A stretch of 64,000 nt of DNA from Candidatus Sericytochromatia bacterium (GTDB taxonomy: Bacteria > Cyanobacteriota > Sericytochromatia > S15B-MN24 > UBA4093). Below, in pieces: positions 59,306-64,000 of this stretch. The translations under genes were made by a program, and so were the position numbers. The notes beneath the pieces were generated by a model, which was not told where the DNA came from, did not search any database, and saw only the letters and a list, made by a program, of their open reading frames with translations. The stretch covers positions 21,798-85,797 of the forward strand of contig JAKFBU010000019.1 in assembly GCA_036676985.1 (NCBI GenBank), written 5' to 3'. Position 1 is the first letter of the stretch. Each line of letters opens with the position of its first letter.

Positions 59306-60622
59306 TCAGCGGGCGAGCTTCACGCACTGGGCCCGCAGGAACGCCACGTCGGGACGCCCCGGCGTGAGGCGCTCCACCACGTCCAGTGCCGCCTGCGCCC
59401 GGGCGAACTCCCCGCCCTCGAAGTAGAGGGTGGCAAGAGCGAGCTGAGCCGATGGCTCCTCCGGCCGGCGCTCGACCACCGCCTCGTACGCCCCCTTCGC
59501 CTCGGCCAGGCGACCCAGTTGCATCAGGGCGACGGCCAGGCGCAGCCAGGGCTCGAAGGCATGCGGCGGCGCCAGCTCCGTTGCCTGGGTGAAGCAGTCG
59601 ATGGCCTCGTCCGTGCGCCCCAGGGCCATGAGGATCTCGGCCGCCCCCGCCGCGGCACGCTCGGGCACCCGCGCCACCTCCGGGGTGGCCTCGGCCTCGG
59701 CCAGGTCGAAGGCCTGGGCGCAGGCCTCGAGCCCCGCCTCCAGCTGATCCTGGAGGCGCAGCAGCCGCCCGGCCTCCAGCCAGAGCTTCGCGGCGCCGGG
59801 CAGGCGCTCCAGGCCCGCCTGGACCAGCGCCAGGGCCGCCCCGGCCCCCTCGCGATCCTCCAGCAAGGCGGCCTTCATGAGGAACAGCGTCGCGTAGTAG
59901 GGGACCCGCTCCGGCGCAGCCTCGCATGCGAGCAGGTCGAGGGCCTCGGTACAGGCGGCAAGGGCCTCTGGAGCTCGCCCCATGGCCATGAGCGTCTTGG
60001 CGAGGTGATAGGTCACGTACGGGCTCGCCGGTGCCTCGGCCCGCATGGCTTCCAGCAGGGCCAGGTTGCGCCCATGCTTGTCCCGCGCCTGCATGCGCGC
60101 CGCCATGTACCCATCGTGCACCAGCCGGGCGGCACATGTCCCGGTCGAGAGCTCCAGCCGCTCCAGGCTCGCGGTGACCTGCTCGTGCACGCGGCCCTCG
60201 TAGCGGATGCCCGGAAGGTTCCGGAAGAGGCGCAGGAGCCGTACCCGACTCCGCTCCTCGCCGCTTTCGCCCGTCAGGTTCTCGAGGTCGAGCAGGTAGG
60301 CTCCGTGCGGCCCCCGCATGGCCTCCCGGAGCAGCGCGCCGCTGCCTGGCGCGAGGACCTCGTCGGCGTCCATGACCAGGATCCAGTCACCGGTGGCCTG
60401 CTCCAGGCCGACGTTGCGGGCGGCCGCAAAGTCGTCGCACCACTCGAAGGCGAACACCCGGGCCCCTTGCTGCCGCGCGATCGCGGGGGTCGCGTCGCGG
60501 GAGCCGGTATCGACCACCACGACCTCGTCGACCGTGCCGCGTACGCTCTCCAGGCAGCGCGGCAGGAGCTCGGCCTCGTCCCGGACGATCATGCACAGGC
60601 TGAGGGTCTGAGGCTTCTCCAA
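59306..60622 (-). CDS. GT2 glycosyltransferase with TPR repeats
   Basis: LSLCMIVRDE, VVDTGSRD, WCDDFAAARN, MDADE, YEGRVHEQ, HDGY; C-terminal TPRs. Confidence 0.92.
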   Translation of the reverse strand: MEKPQTLSLCMIVRDEAELLPRCLESVRGTVDEVVVVDTGSRDATPAIARQQGARVFAFEWCDDFAAARNVGLEQATGDWILVMDADEVLAPGSGALLREAMRGPHGAYLLDLENLTGESGEERSRVRLLRLFRNLPGIRYEGRVHEQVTASLERLELSTGTCAARLVHDGYMAARMQARDKHGRNLALLEAMRAEAPASPYVTYHLAKTLMAMGRAPEALAACTEALDLLACEAAPERVPYYATLFLMKAALLEDREGAGAALALVQAGLERLPGAAKLWLEAGRLLRLQDQLEAGLEACAQAFDLAEAEATPEVARVPERAAAGAAEILMALGRTDEAIDCFTQATELAPPHAFEPWLRLAVALMQLGRLAEAKGAYEAVVERRPEEPSAQLALATLYFEGGEFARAQAALDVVERLTPGRPDVAFLRAQCVKLAR

Positions 60623-60639
60623 GCGAGGGCTCCTTGTGA

Positions 60640-61983
60640 CTAGTCGGGAGTGGGCTCGCCCGGCTCCTCCTGGGGGGCCTCGGGCGGCGGGATCATGCGG
60701 ATCAGGGTGGCCCGACGGCCGTTGGTCGCCTCCACGCGGAAGCGCACGCCGCCCACCTCCACCTCGTCGCCGACCTCAGGCGTATGCCCGATCTCGCCGA
60801 AGACCAAACCCGCGATCGTGTTGAACTCCTCGCTCGGCAGCTCCAACCCGAAACGCTCGTTGATGGCGTCGATGGCGACCCGCCCGTCCATGAGCACCGT
60901 GCCATCCGGCTGGCGCTCGATTTCGGGACGCTCCTCCTCCTGGAACTCGTCGGCGAGCTCACCGACGAGCTCTTCGAGGCAGTCCTCGCTCGTCACCATG
61001 CCGGCCGTGCCCCCGAACTCGTCGATGACGATGGCCACCGGCGTGTGCTGGCGGCGGAAGTCCGCCAGCAGATCGGCGATGGACTTGTTCTCGGGCACCG
61101 CGAGGATGGGGCGGACGAGGTCGCGGGCGATGAGCCCCGAGCCCTCCTTGAGGCGCGACAACAGGTCCTTGACGTGCACGAAGCCGATGATGTGGTCGAC
61201 GTTGTCCTCGTACACCGGAAGGCGCGTGTGGTGCGAGTCCGCCGCCAGTTGCAAGATTTCGTCGAAGGTGGCCCCCGCCTCCACGCACCGCATGTCGGGA
61301 CGCGGGACCATGACCTCGTCCACGGTCTTGTCCGCGAACTCGAAGGCCTTGTTCAACAGGGCCTGCTCGTCGGCCTCCAGCACCCCGCCCTCGTGCGAGG
61401 CCTGCACGAGCATCTTGAGCTCCTCTTCCGAATGGACCAGGTGCGCGACCTTGCTCGCTCGCAGTCCGAACCACCCGAGCAGGAGGCTCGAGGACTGGTT
61501 GAGGAGCCAGATGAAGGGGCTCATGAGGCGGGAGAACCAGTCGATGGGCCAGGCCACCAGGAGCACCACCTTCTCGGCCTGGTGCAGCCCGATGGTCTTG
61601 GGGGCGAGCTCGCCCAGCACGATCAGGAGATAGGTGATGAGCAGGAAGGAGAGGATGATCGAGACGGTGTCGGTGGCGGACCCAAGGACCGGATGCAGCG
61701 CGGAGAAGAGGGGCTCGAGCAGCTGCGACAGGGTCGGTTCGCCGACCCAGCCCAGCCCGAGGCTCGCGAGCGTGATGCCCAGTTGGGTGGCCGAGATGAA
61801 GCGCGTGGGCTCGTCCATGGCCTTGCGCACCAGCTTGGCCGTGCCGTTGCCCTCCTCCACCAGCTGGTCGATGCGGGTGCGGCGCACGCTCACGAAGGCG
61901 AACTCGGCCGCCACGAAGAAGGCGTTGGCCGCGATGAGGCCGAAGACGGCCATGAGCTTCCAGAGGATGGTCGAGACGTCCAT
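60640..61983 (-). CDS. CNNM/CorC-type 'hemolysin family' protein (second paralogue)
   Basis: NAFFVAAEFA, QLGITLASLGLGWVGEP, GELAPK, MVPRPDM, HTRLPVY, DEFGGTAG. Confidence 0.93.
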   Translation of the reverse strand: MDVSTILWKLMAVFGLIAANAFFVAAEFAFVSVRRTRIDQLVEEGNGTAKLVRKAMDEPTRFISATQLGITLASLGLGWVGEPTLSQLLEPLFSALHPVLGSATDTVSIILSFLLITYLLIVLGELAPKTIGLHQAEKVVLLVAWPIDWFSRLMSPFIWLLNQSSSLLLGWFGLRASKVAHLVHSEEELKMLVQASHEGGVLEADEQALLNKAFEFADKTVDEVMVPRPDMRCVEAGATFDEILQLAADSHHTRLPVYEDNVDHIIGFVHVKDLLSRLKEGSGLIARDLVRPILAVPENKSIADLLADFRRQHTPVAIVIDEFGGTAGMVTSEDCLEELVGELADEFQEEERPEIERQPDGTVLMDGRVAIDAINERFGLELPSEEFNTIAGLVFGEIGHTPEVGDEVEVGGVRFRVEATNGRRATLIRMIPPPEAPQEEPGEPTPD

Positions 61984-61986
61984 GGC

Positions 61987-62508
61987 CTAGCCTTGGCGCT
62001 GGGCGCCGGCGAGCCGATCGCCCAGCTCGGCCTTGAGGCGCTTGAGGCGCTCCTGGTACTCGCCCTGCCAGATGTTCTCGGTCCACATGACCAGCGCGTC
62101 CTCGCCGTCGTCCTGGTAGTAGCCCTTGCGACGGCCGAGCGCGGTGAAGCCGTACTTCTGATAGAGCTTCTGGGCGCTCTGGTTGGAGACGCGCACCTCC
62201 AGCGTCAGCCACTTGGCGCCGGCCTTGGCGGCATGCTCGATGAGGCTCAGGAGCAGCAACTCGCCGATGTAGCGCCGCTGCTGGGCCGGGTGGACGGCGA
62301 TGGTCGTGATGTGCGCCTCTTCGAGGATGAGCCAGTAGCCGCAGAACCCGATGATCTTGCCGTCCTCCTTGGCCACGAAGTAGCTGCTCGAGGGGTTGTC
62401 GAGCTCTCCGGCGAAGGCCTGGACGCTCCAGCGATCGCCGAAGCAGAGCCGCTCGATCACGACCACGTCGAGCAGGTCGTTCTTGGTCATGGGCACGATC
62501 TCGATCAC
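61987..62508 (-). CDS. rimI: Ribosomal-protein-alanine N-acetyltransferase
   Basis: EAHITTIAV, LTLEVRVSN..AQKLYQKYGF..GRRKGYY..EDALVM; GTGA overlap with tsaB. Confidence 0.92.
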   Translation of the reverse strand: MIEIVPMTKNDLLDVVVIERLCFGDRWSVQAFAGELDNPSSSYFVAKEDGKIIGFCGYWLILEEAHITTIAVHPAQQRRYIGELLLLSLIEHAAKAGAKWLTLEVRVSNQSAQKLYQKYGFTALGRRKGYYQDDGEDALVMWTENIWQGEYQERLKRLKAELGDRLAGAQRQG

Positions 62509-63260
62509 GGCGTCTCTCCCGGTGGGCACATGGGCTGCCAGTTGGGCACCGCGCTGGGGGCCCGCAGGTACTCCGGCAACAGGGTCATGGGATCATCTAC
62601 CCGCCCCTCGGCCACGCGCTTCGCCCCGAGCGTCGCCACCGCGGCGGCGCGCAGCAGGTGCAGAGCGGGCTCGAAGTGGCCGCAGGGCCAGCGGTCGAGG
62701 ACGGCCTCCGGGTTCGCGGCGGCCCCGTCCCCGATGAAGGCGACGGGCTCGGGGCCCGCGACGCTGGTGACCCGCTCTGCCCACTCCGGGGCGCTCGCGA
62801 GGGCGGGCGCCAGGAGGGGCTCGAGGTGGTCGGGATGCTTGCGGTAGAGGCCCCCGAAGACGTCGCCCCGGCGCGCATCGACCATGGGGGCCACCAGGCC
62901 GAGGCAAGGCGCCTGCTCGGCGAGGGCCTCGAGGGTCGTGACGCCGACCAGCGGCTTGTCGAGGGACTGGGCGATGGTCTTGGCGGCGGACAGGGAGGTG
63001 CGGACGCCCGTGAAGCCACCGGGACCGACGGCGACGGCGACCCCGGCGAGGGTCGAGGGGTCGCGGCCGCTCAGGCGGCAGAGGGCCTCGACGGCGCTCA
63101 TGAGGCGCTCGGCGTGATGGCCGCGCTCGCCCGGTTCGGGCACGAGGTAGAGCTCGGCGCGCACGCCGTCCTCGGTGGCGATGGCGAGGCCCAGGGTCTC
63201 GGAGGCCGTGTTGAGGCCGAGCACCCAGGGCTTGGGGGCCTTGGCGGGACGGCCCTTCAC
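62505..63260 (-). CDS. tsaB: t6A biosynthesis protein TsaB
   Basis: HAERLM, AVGPGGFTGVR, DARRGDVF, PEYLR; GTGA overlap with tsaE. Confidence 0.92.
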   Translation of the reverse strand: MKGRPAKAPKPWVLGLNTASETLGLAIATEDGVRAELYLVPEPGERGHHAERLMSAVEALCRLSGRDPSTLAGVAVAVGPGGFTGVRTSLSAAKTIAQSLDKPLVGVTTLEALAEQAPCLGLVAPMVDARRGDVFGGLYRKHPDHLEPLLAPALASAPEWAERVTSVAGPEPVAFIGDGAAANPEAVLDRWPCGHFEPALHLLRAAAVATLGAKRVAEGRVDDPMTLLPEYLRAPSAVPNWQPMCPPGETP

Positions 63261-63724
63261 GGCGTGACCTCGGCGAGCCAGGCGCGGGCGCGGGCTCCGT
63301 GGGCCGTCAGCGTCGCCACCCGGCTGTCGCCGGCGTGGTCGAGGTGGATGTCGAGGCGCTCGGGGGGCGTCAGGGAGCCCAGGCGCTCGGACCATTCGAG
63401 GACGGCGAGGCCGTCACCGTCTTCCCAGTAGTCGGGGAAGGCCTGGGCCGCGATGTCGTCCTCGGTGAGGCGGTATAGGTCGAAGTGGTACAGCGGCACG
63501 CGCCCCTCGTCGTACTCGTGGAGCAGGCTGAAGGTCGGGCTCGTGACCCGCTCCTCGATGCCGAGCCCTTGGGCGATCGCCTGGGTGAGGGTCGTCTTGC
63601 CCGCACCGAGGTCGCCCGAAAGCAGGATTATATCACCCGCTTGAGCGGAGCGCCCGAGTGCGAGCCCCAGGCGCGCGGTGGCGTCGGGGTCTGGGAGGGT
63701 TAGGCTGCGACTATCAGGTTCCAT
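63257..63724 (-). CDS. tsaE: t6A biosynthesis ATPase TsaE
   Basis: LSGDLGAGKTT, VTSPTFSL, HFDLYRL, LEW. Confidence 0.95.
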   Translation of the reverse strand: MEPDSRSLTLPDPDATARLGLALGRSAQAGDIILLSGDLGAGKTTLTQAIAQGLGIEERVTSPTFSLLHEYDEGRVPLYHFDLYRLTEDDIAAQAFPDYWEDGDGLAVLEWSERLGSLTPPERLDIHLDHAGDSRVATLTAHGARARAWLAEVTP

Positions 63725-63737
63725 ATGGGCGCCATGC

Positions 63738-63761
63738 AAAAAACGGCCTCCGAAGAGGCCG
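63738..63761 (-). terminator. Intrinsic terminator of the 6S RNA
   Basis: CGGCCTC-TTCG-GAGGCCG followed by TTTTTT. Confidence 0.85.
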
Positions 63762-63776
63762 GGAAGAGACGATTGG

Positions 63777-63951
63777 CTCCATCGGGCAATGTGACGGGAG
63801 TTTTTAGACCTGCTGAATTAGCAGGTGGGTGCCCTCCCGTGGATCATCCGTTTCCGTCTACGGGGACGGTCTACTTCAGTCCCTGGAGCGCCGGGCGCCC
63901 GTTTTATAGAATTGTAGCCCAAAAACTGGACCGCCTCACACCCGATAGAGT
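63777..63951 (-). ncRNA. ssrS: 6S RNA
   Basis: Roughly 175-nt rod. CUCUAUCGGG/CCCGAUGGAG closing stem, UGUGA/UCACA, AGUUUUUGGGCU/GGUCUAAAAACU, A-rich central bubble ACAAUUCUAUAAAAC opposite hairpin CCUGCU..AGCAGG, then GGGCGCCC/GGGCACCC. Own promoter and terminator. Confidence 0.82.
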
Positions 63952-63958
63952 TGACATC

Positions 63959-63987
63959 AGGTTATCACAGGAAGCGGGGCTTGGCAA
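63959..63987 (-). promoter_or_regulatory. 6S RNA promoter
   Basis: TTGCCA-17bp-TAACCT with extended -10 TG. Confidence 0.7.
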
Positions 63988-64000
63988 CGATCTGTTAAGT

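Overview
High-GC chromosomal backbone of a diderm (LPS-making) bacterium. It carries about 62 CDS, tmRNA and a 6S RNA; no CRISPR array, prophage, integrase or transposase was recognised. Several genes look cyanobacteria-like: a 3-POTRA Omp85 with a Pro-rich N-terminus, a SigF/SigB-type sigma factor, a DUF1997-like protein and a one-PDZ HtrA. No photosynthesis genes are present in the window and the GlyRS is of the alpha2 type. A non-photosynthetic cyanobacterial relative such as Sericytochromatia is therefore plausible, but this is inference only. Housekeeping content: thrS, gyrB, glyQS, ppdK with its regulator, trpD, HU, a bamA-skp-lpxD-X-lpxC-fabZ-lpxA-lpxB-epimerase-coaE-slt-dciA operon, and tsaE-tsaB-rimI. 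Signalling content: two diguanylate cyclases (one in an mglB-mglA-DGC operon), a CHASE2 adenylate cyclase with a FecR partner, and a TPR/Zn-ribbon/multi-MshEN membrane protein. The strongest candidate for an undescribed system is at 1007-2075. A monocistronic gene encodes two tandem HARE-HTH winged-helix domains plus a histone-H1-like Lys/Ala tail, with no nuclease domain. Its upstream region carries 16 GATC sites in about 260 bp, partly phased at one helical turn and overlapping its predicted promoter. This suggests a methyl-GATC-reading, autoregulated nucleoid protein. All product calls come from motif recognition by eye; no database searches were run.
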